Origin: Octopus sinensis
Taxonomy: Eukaryota
Length of the DNA: 51,136 bases
Assembly (NCBI RefSeq): GCF_006345805.1
Contig: NW_021834157.1
Coordinates: 1 to 51,136 of the forward strand
Direction of reading: 5' to 3'
This document shows positions 10,923-23,317 of this stretch, piece after piece. Below the pieces are notes generated by a model. That model worked only from the letters and a program-made list of their open reading frames with translations, did not search any database and had not been told where the DNA came from. The position numbers and the translations under genes are program-made. Each line of letters starts with the position of its first letter. The first letter of the stretch is position 1.

Positions 10923-11543
10923 TCATTTCACGTTGCTCCAGTCCAATCAGCTGGCAAAAATGAATAATGCTGCGATGGACTGGGGAACACATACCCCATT
11001 GAAGCCGGGAAACCGGGCTCATGAGCCTGACTAGGCTTTAAAAGGGCGCATTTATATATATATATATATATAAATACATGCTTCTTCAAGGCGGTGCTTA
11101 GCATGGCTGCAGTCAAATGATGGGAACAAGTAAAAGAATAAAACAAGAACGCATATAGGTGCGTGCGTGTACGCATGCGCTCTTGTGCATAAGAAATTAG
11201 AAACTTTGAGAGACACGAAATAAATCATTCTGAACGGTGGAACTGGAAGTAGATAAAGCTATAAAATAAACATTTCTTTGCAGCTATAAGCACTGAAATC
11301 TGATTGGAGGGTGCCAGTTAGTTTGATGTAATCAGTGTTTCACTGGAGTTGATGTGATTGACCCGAAGCGATGAAAAGGGGAGTCGAACATGGCGGACTA
11401 ATGACATGTAGATATTGTTATGCACACCTAAATATAAACCTAGATATTCACGTATCTTTGAGTATATATGTGTATGTGTGTGTGTTTGTGTTTGTGTGTG
11501 TGTGTGTGAGTGTGTGCATGAGTGTCTGTATGTATACATATAT

Positions 11544-11620
<77 letters not shown>

Positions 11621-11811
11621 TGAGTGTATTTTTACCTTGTTAACAATTAACACGGAAGAAATAAATAAATAGTTACCAGGGCAGCAAAAATCTCACAAGT
11701 AAAGATGTTGTAACTCCTTGTTTATAAAGGTAGAAACTTCGTGTTTACGTTGAATATTTTGAATAATATGAATAAAAAATGGAGTTAACGCAGGTGTAAT
11801 CAAATATTTTT

Positions 11812-11898
11812 ACTTTCGACACATGTTTCGAAAATTCCACTGATACTATTCAAAAGAATAAATGGTATAAACAATGCAATCTTCTCCCCAGGAAAGTG
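11812..11898 (-). ncRNA. Type I hammerhead-ribozyme-like motif, left arm (core CUGGGGA, GUC site)
   Basis: ACTTTC-CTGGGGA-GAAGATT..AATTTTC-GAAAC-ATGT-GTC-GAAAGT. Stems I and II pair by eye; core A6 is mutated to G. Confidence 0.55.
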
Positions 11899-12999
11899 AA
11901 AAAAACGAAACTCCTCAATAAGACATTTTAGCAAAAAATAATGGATTTGTATAGCGATAGACAGAACGCTATTAATATTGTTTAAAAAAACGTTATATGA
12001 TATAACGTCATAAGTAGCTAACAGAAAGAGTAAGGATATTAATAGTGAATGTTAAATATAAAGGAAATTAAAGTTTAAATTATATATAATGATAGAGACT
12101 ACTTATATGCACTAAATGTATGTTTTTGCCGATGCTTACATCTGTAAGCTCGCTCTATAACCGTGTTTACTAGGGGATTTTTAGAAAAAATAATGAAAAA
12201 TAGCTCAGAATTACAGAGAAGACAGAATTTCTTCTCTTCAGAATTTCTTTTAGATAACTCTAACGATGTGCTTCCAATGTAAAATCGTACTTTATTACGA
12301 GTACTGATTATACACTGGTATATAGAATTTTTTATCTTAGAGTTACTTGACAGTAACTTAACTGTATTGAAATTGACTTCAGATACAATAACCTTGTTAT
12401 TAATATTTCTAGAGGGTTGGATGGTATTAGCTAAATTAATGTTAGTATTAGTAAATGTATTAATATTTAACAGTTTGTTATTATGAGAAGATATGATTTG
12501 CAAGAGTTATCTAAAAGAATTTCTATCCATTACTCAACATTTAGGGATAGAAATAAACGGAATAGTACCGGTCTCAGCAAACTGATTTGGGATTTAAAAG
12601 ACAACAATGAACAATTTCATTTAGAATGGTTGATCCTCTCAATTTCGATACCATATGACAAAGGCAAGAAATTCTGTCTTCTCTGTAATTCTGAGCTATT
12701 TTTCATTATTTTTTCTAAAAATACTCTAGTAAACACGGTTATAGAGCGAGCTTACAGATGTAAGCATTGGCAAAAACATACATTTAGTGCATATAAGTAG
12801 TCTCTATCATTATATATAATTTAAACTTTAATTTCCTTTATATTTAACATTCACTATTAATATCCTTACTCTTTGTTAGCTACTTATGACGGTATATCAT
12901 ATAACGTTTTTTTTAAACAATATAATAGCGTTCTGTCTATCGCTATACAAATCCATCATTTTTTGCTAAAATGTCTTATTGAGGAGTTTCGTTTTTTTC

Positions 13000-13085
13000 A
13001 CTTTCCTGAGGAGAAGATTGCATTGTTTATACCATTTATTCTTTTGAATAGTATCAGTGGAATTTTCGAAACATGTGTTCGAAAG
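13000..13085 (+). ncRNA. Type I hammerhead-ribozyme-like motif, right arm (core CUGAGGA intact)
   Basis: CTTTC-CTGAGGA-GAAGATT..AATTTTC-GAAAC-ATGT-GTTC-GAAAG; there is an extra T at the cleavage triplet. Confidence 0.6.
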
Positions 13086-13133
13086 AAAAATATTTGATTA
13101 CACCTGCGTTAACTCCATTTTTTATTCATATCT

Positions 13134-13169
<36 letters not shown>

Positions 13170-13172
<3 letters not shown>

Positions 13173-14440
13173 TAAAAACGGTAAGATAACAAAAGAAAGA
13201 AAGAGACCTCAATATTAGTAAATAGAGGAAATTTATCTATAAAATATAGTTACAATTATTCAATAGTCAAGATAAACCTCTGAGTTTCGGATTCCGAAGT
13301 GGAAAAGAAAAGCGACAAAATTATCTAATCATATTTGGTCATTAAAAGATAAATGTGTCAAGTATAACATCCATTGTAAGATTTTGGCCGAATGTAAGCC
13401 CTACACCAACGGCAGCGGAAAGTGCGGTCTATGCGACATGGAGAGATGGCTTATCTGGAAAAGCAGCTTAGACCCTACTACATTCTAAACTCAAGGACAG
13501 AACTTTTCGGATCATGCCCACATGTGACAAAATTTTTGTTACGTTTATGGTCCCCTCAAGAAAACAGATAGAACTTGCTTTCTATATTATGTTCAAAAAA
13601 GTTTTTTTTATCTCATTATACCTTTTATTATTTCATATATTTTTATTTTTTCACACATAATAATTTTTTCTGTACTCTTCTATCCTGCATTTTTCCTGTG
13701 TCTATATAGACGTGTATATAGATTCATTTTGTACACGTGTGTGAATATGTATGAGTGGGCAAGTTTAGATGTGTGTGTGCGTGTGCGCGGGCATAAGAAT
13801 ACATATATATATATAGACGTTTTTACTTTTTACAATTTTTCGGGTTTTTTTGGGTCGTATGTATAATCTTTTTTATGTGTATGCGTGTGTGTGTATGCTA
13901 ATATAAATATGTGCGGGTATGTACATATATGGGCGTGTGTGTGTATGAGTGCATAAGGGCATGTCCATATATGAACGTGGTTTCTACGCTTTATATACTT
14001 CCTTGTTTTTTCTGTATTGTTGTTTTTTTCTGTATTGTTACCTTTAACCATGTTTTTTCTTGTGCTTGTGCGTATATAGACATATGTATGAACTTTTACG
14101 GTACGCGTGTGTGTATGAATTTGTATATATATGCATATACATTTGGCGGAAAATGCGAGTGAAGATGTGTACGTTTTCATACTGACGTATAAGTACGCAC
14201 GTGGGTGCACGAGCGCACATGTGAGCGTAGGTGTAGACATGCTTACGTGTTTACTATGAACTTTTAATCTTAATTTATATAAGTAGCGGAATTATAACAC
14301 AGTAATTTCCCTTTATATAACGGTATTTTTTCATAGCGTTTTTCAGATGGCCAGATAACCGAAGAGATGGTGTTGTGGATTTCCACTTCGGCATCCGAAA
14401 CTCAGAGTTTTATCTTGACTATTGAATAATTGTAACATAT

Positions 14441-14450
<10 letters not shown>
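13170..14450 (+). mobile_element. Second Penelope-like remnant with an inverted terminus at its 5' end
   Basis: 13310-13545 translates to ATKLSNHIWSLKDKCVKYNIHCKILAECKPYTNGSGKCGLCDMERWLI..(frameshift)..ILNSRTELFGSCPHVTK, a GIY-YIG C-terminus. 13240-13313 is the reverse complement of about 14380-14450. Confidence 0.85.
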
Positions 14451-14485
<35 letters not shown>

Positions 14486-14505
14486 ATATATATATATCTA
14501 TATAT

Positions 14506-14549
<44 letters not shown>

Positions 14550-14551
<2 letters not shown>

Positions 14552-14845
14552 TGGAGGCGCATGGTCTAGTGGATAGAGCAGAATACTCGCGGTCGAGCGA
14601 TCGCGGGTTCGAATCTCAGAACGGGCGATGTGTGCGTTTATGAGCGAAACACCTAAGCTCCCACGCGACTCCGGCGGAAGGGAATGGCGAACTTCTGCTG
14701 ACTCTTTCACCACAACTTTCTCTCACTCTTTCTTCTGTATCTTGCAGCTCACCTGCGACTGACTGGCGTCCCTTGCAGGTGGGGAACCTACACGCCAAGG
14801 AAACCGGGAAACCGGATTTATGCTCCACAAGGAGCAAAAAGAATT
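14550..14845 (+). mobile_element. SINE with family-1 head and body but a different 3' tail
   Basis: GGAGGCGCATGGTCTAGTGG..GGGTTCGAATCTC..CTCTTTCACCACAACTTTCTCTCACTCTT as in family 1, then CCTGCGACTGACTGGCGTCCC..GGAAACCGGGAAACCGG. A fragment of this tail also occurs at about 10965-11050. Confidence 0.8.
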
Positions 14846-14866
14846 AAGAAGAGGTTGAAGAAGAAG

Positions 14867-14910
<44 letters not shown>

Positions 14911-14959
14911 TATACGTGTGTGTGTGTGTGTGTGTGTGACCGAGTGTGTACGTTGGCGA

Positions 14960-15145
14960 TTTTTTTTGCTCTGTCTTCCCTTCCTTGGATCTTTCCTTTT
15001 CCTATGTTTCTGACGAAGAGCTCCGCTCGAAGCGTTAAATCCGCCTTCTTTCTTTCCTTTCCTGTGCGTCCAATAACACTATACTTGTTCCACGTCCTCG
15101 CGTTGTAGTGTTACTCTTTGTGTTTTCATGTTTGGATTAACTTTA
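14960..15145 (+). mobile_element. Solo Penelope-like terminal fragment with degenerate hammerhead-like motif
   Basis: GTTT-CTGACGA-A-GAGC-TCC-GCTC-GAAG-C-GTT-AAAT at 15006-15040, with the same architecture as 536-573. Confidence 0.6.
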
Positions 15146-15170
15146 TATGTATATATATATATATATCTAT

Positions 15171-15204
<34 letters not shown>

Positions 15205-15220
15205 GATATATATATATATA

Positions 15221-16446
15221 CAGGCATGACTGCACTAAAGAGACGACCTTATGATTATTATAATATATTTAAATCTGAAATTATACATTCAAATTATTTA
15301 TTGATTGTTATAATGCGAATATCTAATACTTAGTAGAACTGCATTTTGCATTCTTCTATGCAAGGATCCTATAAGGCATGCTACTGACCAGGTGACGAAT
15401 ATTCTCTTGGGGAATATCTTGCCAAGTTTCATATAGTAGTCTCAAAAGATCTGGCTTTGAAGATGTTTTCTTGTTCTTTTTACAATGTGTTCAGTCCATT
15501 ATGCTTCCGAGATGTTCAATAGGGTCAATATCTGGTGACTGGCTTGGCCATGGAAATTTCTTAATGCCATTCTTTTCCAATCAATCTTGGATCTTTTTAG
15601 CCGTGTGACAAGGAGCCCTTCCATAAATAAAGAGTCTTCTTTAATCATTTCACCATTGGAGAAGATTGGAAGGAGTCTTTCCTGCAATATGGACAAATAT
15701 TTATCTGAGTTTATGTTTCTATCACACTCCACCAGCTCTGACTGACATTTGCTCCAAATTGCTCCCCAGACCATCACAGAATAGCTACTGTTTCTCATTG
15801 TTGGCAGCAATCTTTTCATGTCAAATTCTTGATCGCAGAGTCTCCAGACCCACACTCGATCACAGTCACAGAATACAGCAAATCTGGACTCATCATAGAA
15901 TATGATTTTGTTACAAAATGCTAGTGGCCACACCATCATCTCATTAGCTCAATCTTTTCACCACTCGATATTAGCTGGTTGAAGAAATGGCTTCCTTCTT
16001 GCTGCTCTGCCATGGTAACCAAGTTTGTGGAAATAGCTGATAGCTGTTCCGGGTCTGACATCAACTTGTTCTGCTATGTCAGAGGCCTTGCAATGAGGAC
16101 TATCCTCTACACCTCATTTAACAAAGCAAAAGGTCCTGTCAGAACCGGGAAAGGTGATATGGACTCCTTACCCTATTAAGTATAGAAAAGTGGGATCCCA
16201 AGTTTTTCTGCGATTTGACGCTATGCCCAACTTCAGATTAACCCACAATACGGCCTCTTTGAAATTTGGACAGTTCCATGGCTTCTTTTGTACGAGGCTA
16301 CAATCACATGTAGCACAATCACATGTAGCTACAATCACATGTAGCACCCGAAACATAAAAGTGTCCATTAATAAAAAATATAGTTAATAAAAAATTTAGT
16401 TAAAATAAACATAAAACAATGTGTCCATTTACTTCTGTCATGTCTG
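15221..16446 (-). mobile_element. Tc1-family DNA transposon, full span, decayed transposase
   Basis: TA duplications at 15219-20 and 16447-48, and diverged TIRs CAG(G/A)CATGAC(T/A)G..TAAA..GAC. Minus frames give LGYHGRAARRKPFL, IIFYDESRF, SVMVWGAI and LPWPSQSPDINPIEH-like motifs. Confidence 0.9.
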
Positions 16447-16472
16447 TATATATATATATATATGTGTGTGTG

Positions 16473-16558
<86 letters not shown>

Positions 16559-16621
16559 AGATGTATGTTTATATATGTACGTATATATGTGTACATATGT
16601 ATGTATGTATTTATGTATATG

Positions 16622-17225
16622 GATATATATTCATTAAAATCGCCATTGGCTTCAACCACGGCCTCCAAACGACTTCGAAATCCCCTGCAACTCTTCTGGA
16701 CAGTCTCCTTGTTTAAGTTGATGAATGATGTCATAATCCTTGTTTTCAGTTTATCTTTGGTGTTACAAGGAGTTTTGTTGGTCTCTTGCTCAACTACGCC
16801 CCACACATAATGAAGGGTGTTGCAGTCTGGGGAGTTAGCTGGCCAGATGTTGGGGGAGATGTGTTCTCAGAAATTGTCTGATAGACATGACTGAATTATC
16901 CTGCTTGTGTAGCATGGTGCAGAGTCCTGTTGCTAGATAGGATCTTCCAGCAGCTATTCTCTTGACCCAGGGCAGCACTACCTCCTCCAGGCACATGACG
17001 TAGGCCTCCGTGTTGAATGTGAGGCCGTGTGGGAAGATGAATGGAGGCATGACGTCACCATCCAAACACAACGATGTTAACTGGATGTTTGATTTATATT
17101 ACTCTCGGTACATGTTTTGGGGGCGAACCGTCCTCAGATTGTCAGCGAAACACTCTGAAATGTTCGTATCGGAGCTTCCGGCGCGAGTGCGAAGCAGTAT
17201 AGCATGTCGTTTTCAAATTTCTGGC
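16622..17225 (-). mobile_element. Tc1/mariner-superfamily transposase relic (maT/DD37D-like), internally deleted
   Basis: DGDVMPPFIFPHGL..YVMCLEEVVLPWV, WPANSPDCNP and VWGVVEQETNKTPCNTKDKLKTRI..CRGFRSRLEAVVEANG. The subfamily is inferred from motif style only. Confidence 0.8.
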
Positions 17226-17934
17226 AGCGGCGGTGGTAGTGGCGGAGCAATTGTGGTGGTGATGGTGGTCGTGGTGGTGGTGGTGGTGGTAGGGGTGGTG
17301 GTGGCGGCGGCGGATATGATTGAGGTGGTGGTGTTGTTGCTGGTGGTGGTAGGGGTGGCAGTTGTGATGTTGGTGGTGTTGGTGGTGGTGGATGTGGTGG
17401 TTGTGGTGGTGGGGGTGGGGGTAGTCGAGTCGTCGTCGTCGTGATCGTGGTATTGGTGGTAGGGGATGTAGTGGTGATGGTAGTGGTGGTTGTAGTAGTG
17501 GAGGTAGTGGTGATGGTTGTTGTGGCGTTGGCGGCGACGGTGCTGGTAGTTAAATCTCCTTCATTCTCCTGGTCATCGGATCGAGGTAAGGCGGGGCTGT
17601 TTCTGATTACAGGTTGTATACGGTGGTGCTCTGTAGGCGGTGTGGGACGGGTGGGGTTTGCTCTAGAGACGGGTGTTTATCGCCATCTTAATCTCATCAC
17701 ACACAACAGACACACACACACATACACAAACAACACACACATACGAACACGCGCGCACGCTCACGCAGGCACTCTGCGCACATTCACATATATATACACG
17801 AATAACTTTAAAAATTACTACACAACATTATATACACACATACATACAAGCACACATACATACATACATACATACATACATACATACATAACATACATAC
17901 GTTCGTATATGCATGCATACATAAAAATGTATGT

Positions 17935-17974
<40 letters not shown>

Positions 17975-18179
17975 AAATACACACACGCAGACACGCATAC
18001 ACACACACATATATATATAGCTATTTATCTCTGTATTTATGTACGCATATATGCATATACAAACACATACTGCGTACGTTAATAGACGCATACACACACT
18101 CACAACTCACACACGTAAATAAATATACATTTCTATATATATACACACAAATATATATATATATATATATATATGCTTG

Positions 18180-18250
<71 letters not shown>

Positions 18251-18822
18251 CTATCTCTTATATATATATTATACATATACATACACACACACTTATATAT
18301 GTATGTATATATATGTGTTGTGTGTGTGTGTATGCAGTTACACAGAAATCCCGGTTCTTTTTATAAGAAGCTCACCTGTAATTAAGTTATAAAATTTCCA
18401 AAGGCATTTCTTTTACTTAACGAGGCATACAGTGGTATGTATGTATGTGTGTATGAATGTATGTGTGTGTGTATATATGTGTGTGTTTGTATGCATATAT
18501 ATGTGTGTATGTATGGATGTGCGTATCTATCTGTTTGTGTGGATATAGGTAAGTTTGCATATATGCGTACGTGTGCACGTATGTATATGTGTATGTGTGT
18601 GAATTTGTGTGTATATGCAGTAGAGGAATGTAAGCATGCATGGATACACGTGTGTACGTATTTATCTACGTACACGTGTATTTGTGTAGCTATGTGTGAG
18701 AGCATATATATATGTGTGTGTCTATGTGTCTGTGTGTGTGTGTAGGAAGTTTAGTATACATATATTTATGTGTGTGTGTGTATGTGTGTGTCTGTAGGAA
18801 TTGTAGTATACATATATTTATA

Positions 18823-19149
18823 CAGGAGTGGCTGTGTGGAATGTAGCTTGCTTCTCAACCACACGTTTCCTGGTTCAGTCCCGCTGCGTGGCACCTTGGG
18901 CGAGTGTTTTCTACCACAGCCTTTTCCAACCAAGCCTTGTAAATGGATTTGGTGGATGGAAACTGAAAGAAGTCCGTCGCTTGGCAAACAATGTCAGAGT
19001 ATTTACGTCCCCGTAACATAGCGGTTCAGCGCAAGAAACCGATGGAATAAATACATGGCTTACAAAGAATATGTCCTGAGGTTGATTTACTCGACAAAAA
19101 GGTGGTGCTGCAGCATGGCCGCAGTCAAATGACTGAAACAAGTAAAAGA
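18823..19149 (+). mobile_element. SINE family 3
   Basis: CAGGAGTGGCTGTGTGG head, GGTTCAGTCCCGCTGCGTGGCACCTTGGGC, tail CAGCATGGCCGCAGTCAAATGACTGAAACAAGTAAAAGA. Confidence 0.85.
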
Positions 19150-19545
19150 TTTTTTAAAAATACTATGTGTGTGTATATATATGAATGCAAAAATGAATGC
19201 ACGAATGTATGTGGGAATGTGTTTGAGTTAATGTTATGTCTATGTAGTTTTTTGTATGTGTATATGCGGATGTATATGTGTATACGTGTGTTGTATAGAT
19301 ATGTCCATGGAGTCTCTCTATATATCTCCATTAAAGTCTAATGTCGGCTCCGCACCGATTTGATAATACAGTTCCATATTTAAAGTAATATCTGTTTAAA
19401 TACTCTAATGCAGTATTGTCGCAATTTGAGAAAACATAGAATCACGTATTTAGGATTCTGTATTTAAGTGATGAGGAATTACGTACGTTATTTACCTTAT
19501 TTACATTTGCTGTATATTTGTCCCCATTTTATTTGATAGATATAT

Positions 19546-19574
19546 AGATAGATAGATAGATAGATAGAGAGTTT

Positions 19575-19608
<34 letters not shown>

Positions 19609-19613
19609 AAGAT

Positions 19614-19691
<78 letters not shown>

Positions 19692-19721
19692 GATGGATAG
19701 ATCGATGTTAGATAGATAGAT

Positions 19722-19785
<64 letters not shown>
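19546..19785. repeat. (GATA)n microsatellite abutting the LINE 3' end
   Basis: Direct inspection. Confidence 0.95.
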
Positions 19786-19786
<1 letters not shown>

Positions 19787-21237
19787 GTTTCTTTATTGGC
19801 CACACAGGGCTGCACACAGATGGTTGAGCTTTTCTTTTGGGGAATGAAAAAAAAAGAAAGTGGCGTAGGTTTTCGATCAAAAGGGATTGTAAAAGGGAAA
19901 AAAGAATAAAAGATAAAAAAGGAAAAGAAACAAAAGAAAAAAAAGAAAAAAGAAGAAAAAAGAGGAAAAAAAACTATCAATAGGGATCGTGTATCACAGT
20001 GTCATGATGTACGGTGTAAAGGGGGAAGCAGATAAGGTTTATCCGTGGGAAAAAAAGCCTACGAAAAAGACCACGGTAACCTCGTCAATATGTTATATGT
20101 TACCACATTTGTTTGTAAGTGGGTAACCCTCTGTTTTCAATTTCTGGGTTCATAGGATCATGCTCAAGGTGGCTTCGTCATTCATACGTGCCATTCTTGC
20201 TACATTCACCCATCTTTTTTTAAAACATTCGCTAGACAAAACTTGCCCTCTCTACTCTCACTTTCCTTTTCAAGTGGTACTTGAAGAAGTTGATGAGAGA
20301 TTGACCAGAGAGGAAAGTGTTTGTCTCTAATCCTTTTAGACGCGTCCACCAGATACATTCTTTCGCCATAGCCACAAGGATGATGAAAATAGCTCTTCCT
20401 TCCCGTTTGAAGGAAGGAGGCGTCACAATATTGACGATAGACTCAGCTGATAAACCGACTCGTCCCACACGTGACAGTAGTCGTTCGACATAAGCCCACA
20501 GGTCGGAGATTGTTGGACACTGCACGATTGCATGCAGGACGGTTTCGTCGCTCTGACCGCATCTCGGGCAGGTCGGCCCTGTGTTTCTCGAGCCGTGTCT
20601 GTAGAGCTTATCCCGAACGGGTAGCGCTTCTCGGTAGCACTGCCAGGCCAGGGATCTCTGGAAGTTGTCCATGGGCCCTGGCCCGAAAGTCGTCCCGAAC
20701 AGGCGGGTCAGGTATTCCTCGTCGACGTCCAGGTTCGTTCCGAGCTCGTCGTCGTACCTCCCCTCCACTAATCCCCTATTGAATGCTTGGGTTGTGTTGG
20801 AGTCACTCAAGGTCGACCCGGGACGGCAGAGTTGCTTGAGAGCAACGCGACACTCGCGATGCCATCCGCCCTTCTTCGGCCTCTTTTGATCCACGACTGC
20901 AGTTCGGTCATGGAGACGAGCTGCGGGAAGACGTACCTCACAAACGGCGACCACACCTGTTCACCGTCGTCTACGTAGAGCCTGAGGTGTCGCAGTCTCA
21001 GCTCGTGTCTGCGCATCATCAACCACGGCATGCCCAGTCCTGACCATCGGGACGCATCCTTTCCACAAGAAGTGAAAGAGAATGCGTTCTAGTTTGGTGA
21101 TGGTAGGGTCGGGACAAGGCACGACGGTCAGGACGCGATGTACGTGTTCGCCACCTCTGCCCGACCTTTTAGGGACAGTTTCCTCTCGGCCCATTGCCGG
21201 GCGATAGTGACCACCCTACTCGTTATCTCGTTCCATT
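19786..21237 (-). mobile_element. Tx1/L1-type LINE 3' fragment (post-RT region, zinc finger, 3' UTR), 5'-truncated
   Basis: Minus frames give NWNEITSRV..KLSLKGRAEVANTY, LGMPWLMMRRH, FQRSLAWQCYREALPVRDKL, CPRCGQSDETVLHAIVQC and YHLKRKVRVER, all homologous to the unit-1 ORF2. The 3' end reads CTGTGTGCAGCCCTGTGTGGCCAATAAAGAAACT. Confidence 0.92.
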
Positions 21238-21254
21238 TAGACAGACAGACAGAC

Positions 21255-21339
<85 letters not shown>

Positions 21340-21340
21340 C

Positions 21341-21376
<36 letters not shown>
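21238..21376. repeat. (GACA)n/(GATA)n microsatellite abutting the LINE 5' truncation
   Basis: Direct inspection. Confidence 0.95.
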
Positions 21377-21900
21377 AGATAGGCATACACGTAATATATA
21401 CAGACAGATAGAGAGAGAGGGGGAGAGGGAAAGAGATGGTTGAGTGAGACGGGGAGATAGACGGGTTAGAGAGATCCATGCCTAATGTATACGTACGCAT
21501 GTGTGTATGTTTGCGTATAGACATGTGCCCGTCTATACGTGTATGCTAATATTAACAATGTCCTTTTCAATTGAAATGAATTCACTACCACATAGGAGTT
21601 TGTGTGTGTTTGTGTTTCGCACGTTTTAAGTATGCTGAAGAGAGCTCGCTAGCTTACTTATATATTGCTTGCTTAAAGACTGAGGTTTTGAACTCACTTG
21701 ACCTGATTCGACGGGGAGAGTAAGTTCGATAAATTCAAAAGTGACATTGACTCTGAGTGTATGTGTGTATGTGTAAGTGTGTGTGTGGTGTGTGTGTGTG
21801 TGTGTGTGCGTTTGCGTGTGCGTTTGTGTGCATGTATGTGTGTTCGTATATGGTATATGTGCGCGTATGTTTGTATGTGATGGTACATATGTGTGAGTTG

Positions 21901-21954
<54 letters not shown>

Positions 21955-22121
21955 CTATATATATGTATATATACATACATACATATGTATATATATGTGT
22001 GGTTTGTGTATGTATATATCTGTGTATATATATATATATGCATACACGCATAAAGAGATACACATACATATGTATATATATATGTGTATACATATATAGG
22101 TATATATATGTATGCACACAC

Positions 22122-22158
<37 letters not shown>

Positions 22159-22695
22159 TTATATGTGTAGTTATATATATATATATCTATAGGTACATTC
22201 ATACGCGCACAAATGCACTCCGATACACACATAGACACGCCACACTTGCACACACACGCACTCACACGCACACATACAAACATACACACATATACATATG
22301 TTGGTAACTTTTTGAATTTATAAACATATGAATGATCGCGTCGGTATATAGGCGTATAAGTGTATGCGTTTAAGCGTGTCTACATATAAAATAATACGTG
22401 TGTGTGTGTGTGTGTGTGTGTGACCTCTGTGTGTCGATGTGTGATTTTGTTTTGTATTTCATTGACTTGTTAACATGCTTTTTTTGTGTGTGAAAATTCG
22501 AAAATCAAAGGCTATAACAAAAAAACTATTCTCCGCGTAGATGATTCAGATTAAGAAGGAACGCCATTGCTGCCGACGAGGAAGCAAGGTGCATCGTAGT
22601 TGTGACTTCGTCTAGCGCGAAATAACCGAGATTTATATCTGTCTCTCAATTCATGTTTGTAGGCATACATACAAATATATATATGTATATACACA

Positions 22696-22728
<33 letters not shown>

Positions 22729-23115
22729 TTGCTAATATGCAGAAGTGTCGTAAGTCCAGTAACTTTGCTTTTTCAGAAAACGAAAGCATAGTTTCACCAT
22801 TCCATAGCAAAACTGTTGTACTACACTTTGGCATCTGAAGCAGCTGGAGATACGATAGTTTGGCCAAAAGAACCGGCTATTGCAAGCAAAAATATATTTT
22901 AAAAATGCCTTTGCCAAATTTGGACATATGTATGCAAATATATATATATTGTTATAAGTATATATATAAAAAAATTCATCTATAGCTATATTCATACACG
23001 CACAAATGTACTCTAATACACACACACACACATGCACAAACACACGCGCACATACAAACGTATACATATATATATATGTAGGTAACTTTTTGAATTTATA
23101 ACCATAATATCAACG

Positions 23116-23173
<58 letters not shown>

Positions 23174-23317
23174 ACGCATATAAATATAAATTATATTTGT
23201 ATGTGTGTGTGCGTCTGTGGTGGCGTGTATCGATGCATAGTCACAGCCGTTGTACTGAGACTTCTGAAACAATAAAAGAATGGAACCATGTTTAAATTTA
23301 TATATATATATATAACC

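Larger units (their letters stand above)
11665..13131 (-). mobile_element. Penelope-like element, 5'-truncated, with inverted terminal repeat (fold-back)
   Basis: The minus strand encodes KNSIYQCIISTRNKVRFYIGSTS (GIY-YIG). The plus-strand inverted copy encodes ELSKRISIHYSTF..STGLSKLIWDLKD..PYDKGKKFCLLCNSE..RCKH. Arms 11766-12233 and 12666-13131 are reverse complements. Confidence 0.9.

Noticed and set aside
21635-21665. CTGAAGA-GAGC.. hammerhead-like start
   Set aside because: No GAAA follows stem II.
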